Positions 1 to 9,899 of a DNA stretch of 64,000 nucleotides are shown here, piece by piece. Position 1 is the first letter of the stretch. Each line of letters opens with the position of its first letter. The position numbers and the translations under genes were made by a program. Location: positions 985,101-1,049,100 of the forward strand of contig CBDBMH010000002.1 of NCBI GenBank assembly GCA_965207275.1. The letters run 5' to 3'. The stretch is from Dehalococcoidia bacterium. Lineage in GTDB: Bacteria; Chloroflexota; Dehalococcoidia; Lucifugimonadales; UBA3495. Below the pieces are notes generated by a model that saw nothing but the letters and a program-made list of their open reading frames with translations, was not told the origin of the DNA and did no database searches.

Positions 1-715
1 AGGCGACCGCGATAGCGCATGCGCCGGTGCCGCAGGCCATGGTCTCGCCGGACCCTCGTTCCCACACTCGGGCGTTCAGATGGCCGGAATCAACCTGGTT
101 TACTATCTCGAAGTTGACCCGGCGGGGAAACATGGGGTGCCCCTCCACCAGGGGGCCTATGTTATGCAACGGAAACTCCCCGACGGGCTGGTCGATGTAG
201 GTAACGGCGTGGGGATTGCCCATGGAGACAAATGCCAGGAAAAGCCGGAAATCCCCGGGATGGATGGGGTATTTCAGCACCGGCCCGACATTGCCACCCA
301 TGGCCGGATCAAGGCTTACCGGGATGTCACCGGGGTTCAGATGAGGTAATCCCATGGAAACCCGGGCTCCTTCAACGCCCGCACTGCTGTATATGGGGTA
401 GACCGTGCGAATACCGGCGAGGGTCTCAACGGTTAAACCGCTTTCTGATCTGGGCACTATTTCCCGTTCAATAGCGTACTTCGCAAAGCAGCGAATGCCG
501 TTTCCGCACATTTCACCCTCAGACCCATCGGCGTTGAACATGCGCATCCGTAAGTCCGCCTGTTCCGAATCCAGTATGAGAATAAGGCCGTCGCCGCCGA
601 CACCAAAATGGCGGTCGCTCATAGTCCTGGACAATGTCGGCCAATCCTCCTCCATTCTGCGCGCGTCAATGTAAATATAGTCGTTGCCGGCCCCGTGCAT
701 CTTGGTGAAATTCAT
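1..715 (-). CDS. dapF: diaminopimelate epimerase, 3' end truncated by window edge
   Basis: Not in the ORF track because it runs off the left edge. My minus-strand translation from the ATG at 713-715 reads MNFTKMHGAGNDYIYIDAR. Further on it reads MRMFNADGSEGEMCGNGIRCF and GETMACGTGACA, the two catalytic-Cys motifs of DapF. Confidence 0.9.
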   Translation of the reverse strand, partial: MNFTKMHGAGNDYIYIDARRMEEDWPTLSRTMSDRHFGVGGDGLILILDSEQADLRMRMFNADGSEGEMCGNGIRCFAKYAIEREIVPRSESGLTVETLAGIRTVYPIYSSAGVEGARVSMGLPHLNPGDIPVSLDPAMGGNVGPVLKYPIHPGDFRLFLAFVSMGNPHAVTYIDQPVGEFPLHNIGPLVEGHPMFPRRVNFEIVNQVDSGHLNARVWERGSGETMACGTGACAIAVA

Positions 716-784
716 CAGGCCCTCTGGGTGCAGATTGCGGCTATTTTACCACAGCGCAGGGCGGGCAAAGGGAGAGGCGTTGCG

Positions 785-1711
785 CTAGGAAAGCTGTGCG
801 ACCAAGTTGAGTGACGAATTCGTAAGGTCGGGGTCAAGGCCGTGAAGCCAGTTGATCCGCAGGTCATCTGGCTTGAACCAGGCGTACTGCCTCCGTGCCA
901 ATCGATGTGTTTGGAACTTGGTCTTCTGGACCGCCTCCTCCAGTGAGGTTTCGCCATCCAGGAACTGGCCCAGTTCCCGGTATCCGGGACATGCCAGATT
1001 ACCCTGCCCCAGGGTAAATCCGAATTCCACCAGTTTCCTGGCCTCGTCGAGGAAGCCGTTAGCCATCATAGTGTCCACCCTGCGGTCGATCCGTTCATAG
1101 ATGACTTCCCGTTCCATTGTTAGCCCAATCACGAGGCCTTCCACTCCCTCCCTCGACTCTCTTTGCAATGCAGAGGGCGCCATTCCGGTTACATGGAGGA
1201 TTTCCAGAGCCCGGATCACCCGGCGAACATTTCGGGGGTCTATTTCGTCGGCCCTCTTTGGGTCGCAATGCTGAAGTCTCTGGTAAAGGGTGTGGCTTCC
1301 CTGTACGGCGGCCTGGGCTTCCAGTTCGGCTCGGTACTCTAGGTCCGGAGGAACGGCGGGGACCTCCCAGCCATCGTGGAGCGCCCAAACGTATTGGCCT
1401 GTCCCTCCCACGACGATGGGAGTAGAGCCGCGGAGCTTTATGTCTTCTATGGCTTCCCTGGCCACACTGAGGAATGTGCCCAAGGAAAAGTTCTCAGCTG
1501 GCGTCAGGAGATCAAATAAGTGATGTGGTACGCGGGCCCGATCTTCCAGTGTGGGTTTGGCCGTGCCAATGTCCATGTACCTGTAGATCTGCCGACTGTC
1601 GGCATTTACTATCTCGCCGCCAAGGCGCTGGGCTATGGAGATTGCCAGTTGGGTCTTGCCCGTGGCGGTGGGCCCAACTATGTAGAGGAGGCCGGGCCTT
1701 TCTGAAGACAT
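785..1711 (-). CDS. miaA: tRNA dimethylallyltransferase
   Basis: 308-aa ORF with P-loop GPTATGKT followed by IVNADSRQIYRYMDIGTAKPT, typical of MiaA. Confidence 0.9.
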   Translation of the reverse strand: MSSERPGLLYIVGPTATGKTQLAISIAQRLGGEIVNADSRQIYRYMDIGTAKPTLEDRARVPHHLFDLLTPAENFSLGTFLSVAREAIEDIKLRGSTPIVVGGTGQYVWALHDGWEVPAVPPDLEYRAELEAQAAVQGSHTLYQRLQHCDPKRADEIDPRNVRRVIRALEILHVTGMAPSALQRESREGVEGLVIGLTMEREVIYERIDRRVDTMMANGFLDEARKLVEFGFTLGQGNLACPGYRELGQFLDGETSLEEAVQKTKFQTHRLARRQYAWFKPDDLRINWLHGLDPDLTNSSLNLVAQLS

Positions 1712-1735
1712 TAGTCGTCGCGGAGGCGGAGCACC

Positions 1736-2509
1736 TCAGCCGCCACGTGACTTTGCATCTCCCGCCAGCCGGGCTATTTCCATGAAGGAGTCAACCTGCA
1801 GGCTTGCTCCGCCCACCAGGGCTCCATGAATGCAGGACTGCGACGCGAACGCCACGATGTTACCGGCGTTAACGCTGCCGCCATAAAGAACAGGTATATC
1901 TGCAGAACCCTCGCCGTACACGTTGTGGAGGGTCTCCGTCACAGCGCCACCCATGATCTCGGCGGCAATTTCGGGAGTAGCGGCCTGACCGGTTCCGATG
2001 GCCCACACGGGTTCATAGGCCACAATAAGGCCGGAAATGTCAAAAGCATGGGTTTCGGCCAGCCCCAGGTTGACCTGTTCAGATATCACGTCTGAGGCCC
2101 TGCCTGACTCCCTTTGTTCCAGGGTCTCACCCACGCACAATATCGGTTTAAGGCCGTGACCGAGGGCGGCTTTGACCTTCGCGTTCACCATCTCGTCCGT
2201 CTCGCCAAACAGTTGCCTGCGCTCCGAGTGGCCGATAATCACGTACTCACAGATATTCACCAGCATGGCTGGAGCGACTTCGCCGGTGAAGGCGCCAGAG
2301 TCCTGGTGGTGCATGTTCTGCGCGCCTACCCTGACGGAAGAACCGGCAACGGACTGTCTAACCTCTGGCAGCCAAATCGCCGGTGGGCACAGTATGATCT
2401 CCACCCCTGAGGCCTGGGTTGCCAATGCCTTTACGCCTTGAGCCAGCGCGCGGGCCTCTGACAGGGTGGTGTTCATTTTCCAGTTTCCGGCGACTACGGT
2501 GGCTGGCAT
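1736..2509 (-). CDS. tpiA: triosephosphate isomerase
   Basis: ORF 1736-2533 carries AGNWKMN, IIGHSERR and AYEPVWAIGTG motifs. I prefer the second ATG (2509), which is preceded by AAGGAG; 2533 is the alternative start. Confidence 0.9.
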   Translation of the reverse strand: MPATVVAGNWKMNTTLSEARALAQGVKALATQASGVEIILCPPAIWLPEVRQSVAGSSVRVGAQNMHHQDSGAFTGEVAPAMLVNICEYVIIGHSERRQLFGETDEMVNAKVKAALGHGLKPILCVGETLEQRESGRASDVISEQVNLGLAETHAFDISGLIVAYEPVWAIGTGQAATPEIAAEIMGGAVTETLHNVYGEGSADIPVLYGGSVNAGNIVAFASQSCIHGALVGGASLQVDSFMEIARLAGDAKSRGG

Positions 2510-2545
2510 TCCTGCAGTGCTCCTTTTTCCCATTCAGCGCGACGG

Positions 2546-3760
2546 TTAAGGACCGAATTTAGTCAGTTTTCCTGAGTGTGACATTGCCAGTAGCATTATG
2601 TTGGTAGCTGGGATGTTGCCTATCGAACCCAGGTTACAGTCCCGTTCGCTAAACGCGGGGATTCCCTCACCACGGGTAAGTTTGGAGTAAAGCATAAAGG
2701 GAACGGGGTGCCAACTGTGGGCCGCCATAATAGCCGGCGTTGAGTGATCACCGGCCACCATGAAAACATCCGGGTTCAACTCGCGGATCCTGGGGATCAG
2801 AGGGTCCAGATCCTCCAGCGTCTTTACCTTTGCGTCGAAGTCCCCGTCTTCACCGGCAGCGTCCGCCGGTTTGTAGTGGATAAAGAAGAAGTCGTGATTG
2901 TCGAACTCCTCTTGTAGCGTGTCCACCTCGTCGCTGAATGTTTTCCCAGTGGGAATGATGCGCATGTTGGCTACGGTAGCCAGGCCGCGGTACATTGGGT
3001 AGGCGGCGATGGCGCCCGGATTGAGGCGGTACACATCCCCCATGGGAGGAAGCGATGGCAACTGGGCCCATCCCCGAAGAAGAACCATGTTTCCTCGCTC
3101 TTCTTCTGAAAGCAGCGCTGCCGCCCGGGACACGAACTCGTTGACCAGGGTTGCCGTCTTTTCAGCGGATGGTTCCAAAGGTTTCACTGACATAGCGGGG
3201 ACGCCGGTTATCTGCGGGTCCGTCTCAGTCACTGATTCGGATAGCCCCTCTCCCCGCAGCCTCAAAACAAAGCGGTAGTCCTGGACCGGAAACACATCGA
3301 CCTGGACGCCGGGGATTTCGATGGTGTCCAGACGGTGACAGAGGGGGGCGCTGAACTCGGTAGGTATCCGCCCGGCCCTGCGGTCAACCAGGTTCCCTTC
3401 TTCGTTGACGGTACAGAAGTTTCCCCGCGCGGCCACGTCCCCGGGCCGCAATTCCACGTCAATCCCGAGAGCTTCCAGGGCGCCCCGGCCGATGATGTAC
3501 TTAAGTGGGTCGTAACCGAAAAGAGCCAGATGCCCGGGGCCGCTGCCCGGAGCCACGCCGGGAAGGACCGGCGTGGTCATGCCGCAGGCGCTTTCCTGCG
3601 CCATGGCGTCCAGGTAAGGCAGGTTTGCGGTTTCCAGCTCCGATTTTCCGGTATCGGGGTGGGGCAAGCCGCCCAAGCCGTCTACCACCAGCAGGACAAT
3701 CTTTGACGAAGTAGTTACGTAGCAGTCGTGAAGTAGTTCCAGGTCAATCATCTCGCTCAC
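2546..3760 (-). CDS. apgM: cofactor-independent phosphoglycerate mutase, archaeal (ApgM) type
   Basis: 404-aa ORF with LLVVDGLGG near the N-terminus and AGDHSTP near the C-terminus (metalloenzyme superfamily). It lies between pgk and tpiA in a glycolytic operon. Confidence 0.8.
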   Translation of the reverse strand: MSEMIDLELLHDCYVTTSSKIVLLVVDGLGGLPHPDTGKSELETANLPYLDAMAQESACGMTTPVLPGVAPGSGPGHLALFGYDPLKYIIGRGALEALGIDVELRPGDVAARGNFCTVNEEGNLVDRRAGRIPTEFSAPLCHRLDTIEIPGVQVDVFPVQDYRFVLRLRGEGLSESVTETDPQITGVPAMSVKPLEPSAEKTATLVNEFVSRAAALLSEEERGNMVLLRGWAQLPSLPPMGDVYRLNPGAIAAYPMYRGLATVANMRIIPTGKTFSDEVDTLQEEFDNHDFFFIHYKPADAAGEDGDFDAKVKTLEDLDPLIPRIRELNPDVFMVAGDHSTPAIMAAHSWHPVPFMLYSKLTRGEGIPAFSERDCNLGSIGNIPATNIMLLAMSHSGKLTKFGP

Positions 3761-3814
3761 ACCTAAAGTAGTTTGCAGTGGCAGTAGCCGCGAAAACGTA
3801 AATCGGTTGCAGTT

Positions 3815-5011
3815 TCAAGCATCTGGCAGGGCTGCGATTCCAGGCAGGGACCTGCCTTCAAGGAATTCCAGGGAGGCGCCGCCGCCGGTGGATACGTGGG
3901 TCATTTGGTCCAACAGCCCCAGTTCCTCGACGGCCTCGGCAGTTGAACCTCCCCCCACAACGGTCGTAACATCGGGCAACCCAGCGATCGCATTGGCGAC
4001 GGTGCGCGTACCCTGGCTGAAACGGGGCATTTCAAACACGCCCATAGGCCCGTTCCAGATTATTGTGCGGCAATCCCTAAGTTTACCGGCGTATTGGGCG
4101 GCCGTTCCTTCTCCGACGTCCATGATATACCAGTCGTCAGGCACCTGGTCAGCCGGTACGGTAAAGGATTCGGCGGGTTCAGCTTCAAAGCCGCTGGCGA
4201 CGACGACGTCGTCGGGCAGATGAATGGAAATGCCCTTCTGCGCTGCCCGTTGCATCACGTCCCTGGCGAAGTCAAGCCGGTCGGATTCGACGGACGATGC
4301 TCCCGTTTCCTCTCCCAAGGCGTTCAGGAAGGTTACGGCCATGCCACCGCCGACAAACAGGTGGTCCAGCTTGTCCAGAAGATTTTCCAATACCAGGATC
4401 TTGTCGCTGACCTTGGCCCCGCCCATCAGCGCGGCCAGAGGGCTGGCCGGGGATTCCAGGGCTTTGCCCATTTGCTCCACTTCTCGCTGGACCAGGAGGC
4501 CCATCGCGGATGGCAACACGGTTGTTATGCCGACAGTGGAGGCGTGGGCGCGGTGCGCTACCGCGAAAGCGTCCATCACGAAGCAGTCAGCCAGCCTGCC
4601 GAGTGCGGCAATGAAATCCGGATTGTTCTTCTCTTCCCCTGGATGAAATCTGAGGTTTTCCAGAAGTACAACCTGGCCGGGGGCCATGGAGTCAATCTCT
4701 GCTTCGACTTCGGGCCCAATGGAGTCTTTCAGGCTCCTGACCGGATGTTCCAGGAGTTGGGCCAGGCGGTTCCCTACAGGCTCCAGCCTGAGTTCGTCCA
4801 CCTCTTTACCACTGGGGCGTCCCAGGTGGGAACACAGTATGATGCGGCAGTTTTGCTCCAGAAGGTAGCGTATTGTGGGCAAAGTGGCCCTGAGTCGCTG
4901 GTCGTAAGAGGCGATGGCCTCAATTCCCTGCTCGATGGGAATATTGAAGTCAACCCTCACCAGCACCCGCTTACCCGCCACATCTAACTGGGAAAGTGAC
5001 CGCTTGGCCAT
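3815..5011 (-). CDS. pgk: phosphoglycerate kinase
   Basis: ORF 3815-5092 carries RVLVRVDFNIP, FVGGGMAVTFL and HVSTGGGASLEFLEG. Start moved to MAKRSL at 5011, since the upstream 27 codons look non-native. Confidence 0.9.
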   Translation of the reverse strand: MAKRSLSQLDVAGKRVLVRVDFNIPIEQGIEAIASYDQRLRATLPTIRYLLEQNCRIILCSHLGRPSGKEVDELRLEPVGNRLAQLLEHPVRSLKDSIGPEVEAEIDSMAPGQVVLLENLRFHPGEEKNNPDFIAALGRLADCFVMDAFAVAHRAHASTVGITTVLPSAMGLLVQREVEQMGKALESPASPLAALMGGAKVSDKILVLENLLDKLDHLFVGGGMAVTFLNALGEETGASSVESDRLDFARDVMQRAAQKGISIHLPDDVVVASGFEAEPAESFTVPADQVPDDWYIMDVGEGTAAQYAGKLRDCRTIIWNGPMGVFEMPRFSQGTRTVANAIAGLPDVTTVVGGGSTAEAVEELGLLDQMTHVSTGGGASLEFLEGRSLPGIAALPDA

Positions 5012-5018
5012 TTTGTAT

Positions 5019-6035
5019 CTAGGCTCCTGGCTGTATAGTTTCCTGATCAAATGCCGGAGTCGATGGTAGCAGGGCCAGCGACGCGATATCACGGAGACCC
5101 ACCGTTCTCGAAGCGGAGATGTTCTCTTCGTCGACGACTCTCATGGCCTCTGCGACCAGCGTTTTTGCCCGTTCCTGGCAAAAGTCCCTGGCATCGACTT
5201 CCTCCATCAATTCCACAACCCTGGCTATGTCGGAGGGATCAAGGACCCGTTTTGCGTATGCGGCCCCTATTTCCCGCCTGGCGGAAAGGCTGCAATTCTC
5301 CAGAGTGTAAATCAACGGCAGGCTCTTTTTCTTGCTCAGGACATTGCTGGGAGTTATGCCGTCACCCTGGGCGCCCCAGAAGTCGGCAAGATCCCGGGTA
5401 ATTTGCCAGGCCATGCCCAGCTTGACCCCAGTATCTCTAAATTGCGCAACCACCCTGTTGTCACCACCGGCGGCGAGGGCTCCCCCTGCGGCCGAACAAC
5501 CGGTAAGCGACCCGGTCTTTTGGGCAATCATATCATTGTATTCCCCAATGGTAACCAGCAGGCGATCCTGGAATCCCAAATCAGCGTACTGTCCCTCGCA
5601 CATGGACAGGGAGGAACGGTCAAGCATCTCGGTAGCCTGCAGAACTATATCTGAGGAAAAGCCGCCGTCCAGAAATCGCATGACAGCTACTCTGGCCATG
5701 GCGTGGAAACCGTCACCTGCATTAATAGCCTGGGCGGGGCCCCATATCCACCAAATGCTGGGGCGGTCATCCGAATCTACCCTTCCGGCCTGTACGTCGC
5801 CGTGAACCAGCGAAAAGTTATGCAGCAATTCGACCGCCGCCGCCATGGGCAAAGCGCTTTCGAATGTACCACCTAGCGCATCGCACACAGCCGGAGCCAT
5901 CAAGGAATGAAAGCTGGCCTTCAGCGGTAGGGTATCCGGCGCTCCCTGCTGGTCTACCCATCCCAACTGGTACTGAAGCAGGTTATAAAGAAAGCCTACC
6001 CGCGCTGAAAAAAGCTGCCTCAGCTCTCTTTCCAA
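5019..6035 (-). CDS. polyprenyl (isoprenyl) diphosphate synthase family protein with both Asp-rich motifs degenerate
   Basis: ORF 5019-6143 has family landmarks AAAVELLHNFSLVH, INAGD, MCEGQ, KTGSL and KKSLP. The first Asp-rich motif reads HGDVQ...DSDD and the second reads TRDLAD. I propose a TTG start at 6035 preceded by GGAGAAGGG, which avoids overlap with tsaC. Confidence 0.6.
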   Translation of the reverse strand: MERELRQLFSARVGFLYNLLQYQLGWVDQQGAPDTLPLKASFHSLMAPAVCDALGGTFESALPMAAAVELLHNFSLVHGDVQAGRVDSDDRPSIWWIWGPAQAINAGDGFHAMARVAVMRFLDGGFSSDIVLQATEMLDRSSLSMCEGQYADLGFQDRLLVTIGEYNDMIAQKTGSLTGCSAAGGALAAGGDNRVVAQFRDTGVKLGMAWQITRDLADFWGAQGDGITPSNVLSKKKSLPLIYTLENCSLSARREIGAAYAKRVLDPSDIARVVELMEEVDARDFCQERAKTLVAEAMRVVDEENISASRTVGLRDIASLALLPSTPAFDQETIQPGA

Positions 6036-6069
6036 CCCTTCTCCATACAGTTCAAGTCTGCCTTGAGAG

Positions 6070-6774
6070 TTAATCTTGCATCCTCCCACACGCACTTGAA
6101 GGTGCGGTCGAGTTCGCCTGCTCCCACACCCGAAGCACGTCATCGAAGGCGGTTGCCCCTTCCCGGAGCAGCGCCGGAACGTCTCCCGTCATATCCACGA
6201 TAGTCGACTGCAGGCCGGCAGGGGCGGGCCCCAGGTCAACAATTTCAACTGACGCACTTCCCAGGGCCTCTTCGATTTCCTCCGGACTATTGAGGTTCAA
6301 CTGGCCGCTACGATTGGCGCTGGTTCCCGTAATGGGACGGCCCAGTTGGCTGGCAAGGCTCAAGGGTATCCAGTGAAAGGGCATTCGAACAGCTACAGTC
6401 TCGCGGTCGCCGGTTATCCGGGTGGACAAACTGGCCTTTTTCCGAAGCACGAGGGTCAGGGAACCCGGCCAGAAAGCGGAACCGAGCTGTTCAATATCCT
6501 TGTCATCGGCGTGGGCCACCATGTTCACTTGCTCCCATGAACTAACCAGGACTGGGAGGGCCAGGTCCGCAGGTCTTCCCTTTATATCAAAGATACGCAT
6601 CAGCGCCCGCTCGTTCCCGACATCGGCGGCAAGGCCATAGAGAGTGTCTGTGGGAACGGCAACCACTCCTCCCTCCCGCAGACGCTGCAGCGCTCCGGCG
6701 AGTTCGGAGATGCTATGTGGGGCCGGGGGCGATGGAACCAGGCCACGATTCGTACTAGCGTTGTCTGCCTTCAA
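6070..6774 (-). CDS. tsaC: L-threonylcarbamoyladenylate synthase (YrdC/Sua5 family)
   Basis: 234-aa ORF with VVAVPTDTLYGLAADV and IFDIKGRP motifs of the YrdC domain. Confidence 0.8.
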   Translation of the reverse strand: MKADNASTNRGLVPSPPAPHSISELAGALQRLREGGVVAVPTDTLYGLAADVGNERALMRIFDIKGRPADLALPVLVSSWEQVNMVAHADDKDIEQLGSAFWPGSLTLVLRKKASLSTRITGDRETVAVRMPFHWIPLSLASQLGRPITGTSANRSGQLNLNSPEEIEEALGSASVEIVDLGPAPAGLQSTIVDMTGDVPALLREGATAFDDVLRVWEQANSTAPSSACGRMQD

Positions 6775-7138
6775 TGCCGTTAATTCAGTCTAGTGTGGGA
6801 TTGAATGAGAGTTTAGCACGTCCGATCCAGATGGGTCGAGGTTGGCCACCGCGCCCGCCAAGAACAGCAATGCTTATCCTGCCTCCAAAAACCGCCCGGC
6901 GAACTTCCACCAAGAATTGTACTGAGAGGCGAAAAGCCGCTGCTGAGGGTGTTGGGATGCCTCTTGGGCCCGGAATCGCCCCGTTTCGCCTCTGTGAGCG
7001 GCATTTTCATGCGTCGCTTGTTTCACGAAGAAAAACAAAATGTCTCCTCATCGGATATACGGCCTTGCTGAAAAGTCTCTCTGGTAAACTCTCCAGCAAC
7101 GTCATTACGAGGCAGAATAAGAGGACAGGTGCGGGACC

Positions 7139-8155
7139 TTGTATGCTGGAAAATTCCCTTCACATCTACTGGCGAAACTCTTGGCCAAGCAAGGCGTCCA
7201 GGACCCAAAAGTGTTGGTTGGGCCGAAAGTGGGCGAGGACGCCGCAGTGGTCGAAATGGGCAATCAACTGCTGGTGGCCAAATCCGACCCCGTTACATTC
7301 GCTATAGACGATATTGGTTGGTACGCCGTCCAGGTAAATGCCAACGATGTAGCATGTACTGGTGGTGTACCAAGGTGGTTCCTGGCTACCCTATTGGTTC
7401 CTGAGTCTTTTACGGAGATGGAGGCGGAGGCGATATACGATCAAATTCTTGCGGCCTGCACTTCGCTGGACGTAGCTCTCATCGGGGGGCACAGCGAGGT
7501 GACATACGGACTCAGCCGTCCCATAGTTGCGGGCACGATGCTGGGCGAAGTAGGACCGGACCGGATGGTTAGGACCGGAGGCGCGCAGGAGGGTGACAGT
7601 GTAGTCATAACCAGGGGAATAGCCATTGAGGGATCTGCCATACTGGCGAGAGAGCGACGACAAGAACTGATAGCAGCGGGAGTTTCCACAACTACGGTAG
7701 ACGTCGCCGGTCAGTATCTCTACCAGCCAGGGATCAGCGTGGTAGATGCAGCACGCATAGCATGCTCCGCCGCCGAAGTTCATTCCCTGCACGACCCGAC
7801 GGAAGGGGGACTTGTAACCGGGCTAAGGGAAGTAGCGCGGGCTTCCGGTATGGGATTGGCCGTTGAGCAGAGCAGCATTCCCATACTGCCTGAGTGCGAG
7901 GAGATTTGCCAGGCTCTGGGGATTGATCCGCTGGGTCTGCTGGCCTCGGGTTGCCTTCTCCTTTCTTTGCCCGCGCCGCAAGCGCCCATCCTGTTAAGGG
8001 CTTTCGACGAAGCAGGAATATTTGCCTGCGAAGTGGGCCAGGTTATCGCTCCTGAAGAGGGGCTGGTTATGGTGGGCTACGAAGGCGAGGGTCCCCTTCC
8101 TGAGTTTAGTCGGGACGAACTGGCTCGTTACATTTCTGAAAAGTGTAACAAATAA
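7139..8155 (+). CDS. AIR synthase-related (PurM/HypE/SelD-superfamily) protein
   Basis: 338-aa ORF with a TTG start. N-terminus GKFPSHLLAKLL...VGPKVGEDAAVV and NANDVACTGG match the PurM-like fold. It lacks the SelD Cys/Sec-Gly-x-Lys loop and the HypE C-terminal Cys. Confidence 0.65.
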   Translation: MYAGKFPSHLLAKLLAKQGVQDPKVLVGPKVGEDAAVVEMGNQLLVAKSDPVTFAIDDIGWYAVQVNANDVACTGGVPRWFLATLLVPESFTEMEAEAIYDQILAACTSLDVALIGGHSEVTYGLSRPIVAGTMLGEVGPDRMVRTGGAQEGDSVVITRGIAIEGSAILARERRQELIAAGVSTTTVDVAGQYLYQPGISVVDAARIACSAAEVHSLHDPTEGGLVTGLREVARASGMGLAVEQSSIPILPECEEICQALGIDPLGLLASGCLLLSLPAPQAPILLRAFDEAGIFACEVGQVIAPEEGLVMVGYEGEGPLPEFSRDELARYISEKCNK

Positions 8156-8245
8156 TGAATTTGATTCCCAAGTTCACCGTTATTCCTCTTGGCCGCCATA
8201 ATGGTACACTTTTCTGAGAATAGGATTCATTAGAAGCGGCATTTA

Positions 8246-9229
8246 TTACATTATATTGCTGCTGGAGTACACTTTTAGCGCCGCCGCCAGGTGTTCAGCC
8301 GTTATATTGGCGCCGCTCACGGTAATAGAAACTTTCTTCCCGCTCAGGGACCCCCGTTGTTTCAGTGCCCCTGCCGTGGCCGCCGCTCCGGCTCCCTCCG
8401 CCAGGGTGTGGGCCTTTTCCAGCAACAGCCCCATGGCATACCGCAAGTCGTCATCGCTGACCAGTACAAAGTCGTCAAGCAGATGCCGGATTATCCGCTG
8501 CGGCAGTTCATAACCATTCATGGTGGCAATCCCTTCGGCGAAGGTGTTCATTGGCGCCTGGACCAGTTGCCCTTGCCTCCACGACAAATACCCTGCCGGC
8601 GCTCCCTCGGCCTGGACGGCCCTGACCTTGATATCGGGATTTATTCCATTGGCTACGATGCACGCCCCGGATACGCCGCTTCCGCCTCCCAAGGGCAAAA
8701 ACATTACCTCCACGTCCGGCAAGTCCTCAATAATTTCCAGCGCCTGAGTCCCTACGCCGGATATCAGCAGAGGTTCGTCGGTAGGGTGTACATAGCGATA
8801 GCCCTCCTCCCGCGCCAGGAGCTCCGCGTGGGCCTTGGCTTCGTCGAAATTCTCGCCGTAAAAGACCAACTCCGCTCCCAGGGCCTCCATGGCCGCCACT
8901 TTAAGGGGGTTGGGGTCCCTGGCCGGAAGGGCGATCAGCGCGCGGGCCCCGAAAATCCGGCAGGCGTTGGCGATGGACTGACCATGGTTCCCCGTGGAGG
9001 CGGTGATCACACCGCGCGACCGTTCCTCCTCGCTTAAGTGGGCGAGAAAATTGATTCCACCTCTGCCCTTGAACGCTCCCAGCGGATGGTATTCCTCGTG
9101 CTTCAGATAAATCTCCGCGTCAAAAAGCTGGCTCAGGCCGAATGAGTAGTGGAGCGGGGTCCTTGCCAGGTAGGGCGCGATCGTTTTCCGGGCTTCGTAG
9201 ACATCAATCAGAGTTGGCGGTTGAATCAT
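8246..9229 (-). CDS. PLP-dependent threonine/serine dehydratase family enzyme
   Basis: 327-aa ORF with GAFKGRGG (PLP Lys), TASTGNHGQS and GGGSG motifs of fold-type II PLP enzymes. Confidence 0.75.
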   Translation of the reverse strand: MIQPPTLIDVYEARKTIAPYLARTPLHYSFGLSQLFDAEIYLKHEEYHPLGAFKGRGGINFLAHLSEEERSRGVITASTGNHGQSIANACRIFGARALIALPARDPNPLKVAAMEALGAELVFYGENFDEAKAHAELLAREEGYRYVHPTDEPLLISGVGTQALEIIEDLPDVEVMFLPLGGGSGVSGACIVANGINPDIKVRAVQAEGAPAGYLSWRQGQLVQAPMNTFAEGIATMNGYELPQRIIRHLLDDFVLVSDDDLRYAMGLLLEKAHTLAEGAGAAATAGALKQRGSLSGKKVSITVSGANITAEHLAAALKVYSSSNIM

Positions 9230-9818
9230 TTTTCCTCATTCCTCTCTAGCCCTTCCTCTGGTAACTGGCCGGCAGGCCGAGGGGTCGTAACAGCGCCAGC
9301 CTAGCAAAGGAAGGGTGAAGGGTCAAACCTTCGCAATCAGCAGTCAGGCGCACGGTCCCTCGCCTCCAATAGTCGACGACCGCCCCGGGTTAAATGCAAG
9401 CGTCGGTACACTTGATTCCCCACGGCAAAGATGCGCGAATCTCCGACGTGCGCCGGCGGGTAACACCCTGCGGCCAGCGCCAAAAATGGAAACGTCTCAA
9501 TGTAGTAGGTCATCAGAGTTAGGTGTATTTGTTACAAATCCAATGGCGCTAGCCCCTCGTCGTGTAATGCGAGAAGCGCAGATGGCTAGGCCATTCGCCG
9601 CTGGAAATAAGCGGGTCAGGGACAGAATGTAGAGCCTCAGGGCCGCGTCTCTGCGCCTCCATGCCAATCGCTCCCCGAAATCTGTCGCCCTGAGAGCCGT
9701 TTTCAGGCCCCTTTGGGCCACAAGGCAGTCCCGAAAGCCTGCTAAATCAGCAATTCCGTAGCTGAGTTTTCGTTCCAGCTATTTCTTAAAAAAGTTTAAA
9801 ATATAGTATAACCAAGTA

Positions 9819-9847
9819 TTGACAATCACCGGAACAGTCAGTACAAT
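9819..9847 (+). promoter_or_regulatory. sigma70-type promoter, exact consensus
   Basis: TTGACA (9819-9824), a 17-nt spacer, then TACAAT (9842-9847). It lies about 50 nt upstream of an AGGAGG Shine-Dalgarno and the ATG at 9900. Confidence 0.55.
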
Positions 9848-9899
9848 TCAGTACATCATATTACTCAGCACTACATCACCAGTAAAGAGGAGGAGTACC

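Noticed and set aside
6775-7138. The 364-bp divergent intergenic region, with long-range pairing (AGGCGAAA near 6939 with TTTCGCCT near 6984) and a CTGAGA string. I considered it as a riboswitch (TPP or ZTP) ahead of the PurM-like gene. I also considered track ORFs 6774-7307 and 6813-7010.
   Set aside because: The other conserved TPP elements (ACCTGATCTGGATAATGCCAGCG-like) and the ZTP core are absent. The ORF translations look random and one overlaps the real gene. There is not enough evidence to call an RNA element without a covariance-model scan.
7118-8155. The PurM-superfamily gene considered as a possible selenophosphate synthetase (SelD), given selC in the window.
   Set aside because: The N-terminus (MYAGKFPSHLL) lacks the G-x-G-C/U-G-x-K loop. 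The in-frame upstream sequence hits TAA at 7118-7120 after only six codons, with no TGA. It is best left as an AIR-synthase-related protein.
9315-9721. Track ORFs 9315-9632 (+) and 9497-9721 (-) in the large intergenic gap, considered as possible genes, including as UGA-containing selenoprotein candidates.
   Set aside because: The translations are Arg/Gly/Ser/Pro-rich with no recognisable domain and no Shine-Dalgarno. Reading through the TGA codons yields further stops and equally random sequence.
9799-9811. The identical 13-mer AAATATAGTATAA at 9799-9811 and 16677-16689, both in promoter-like AT-rich spots, considered as a possible shared operator.
   Set aside because: By a rough estimate, a 64-kb window is expected to contain tens of chance 13-mer repeats. 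Both copies lie in AT-rich promoter DNA where -10-like strings recur, and there is no flanking similarity.
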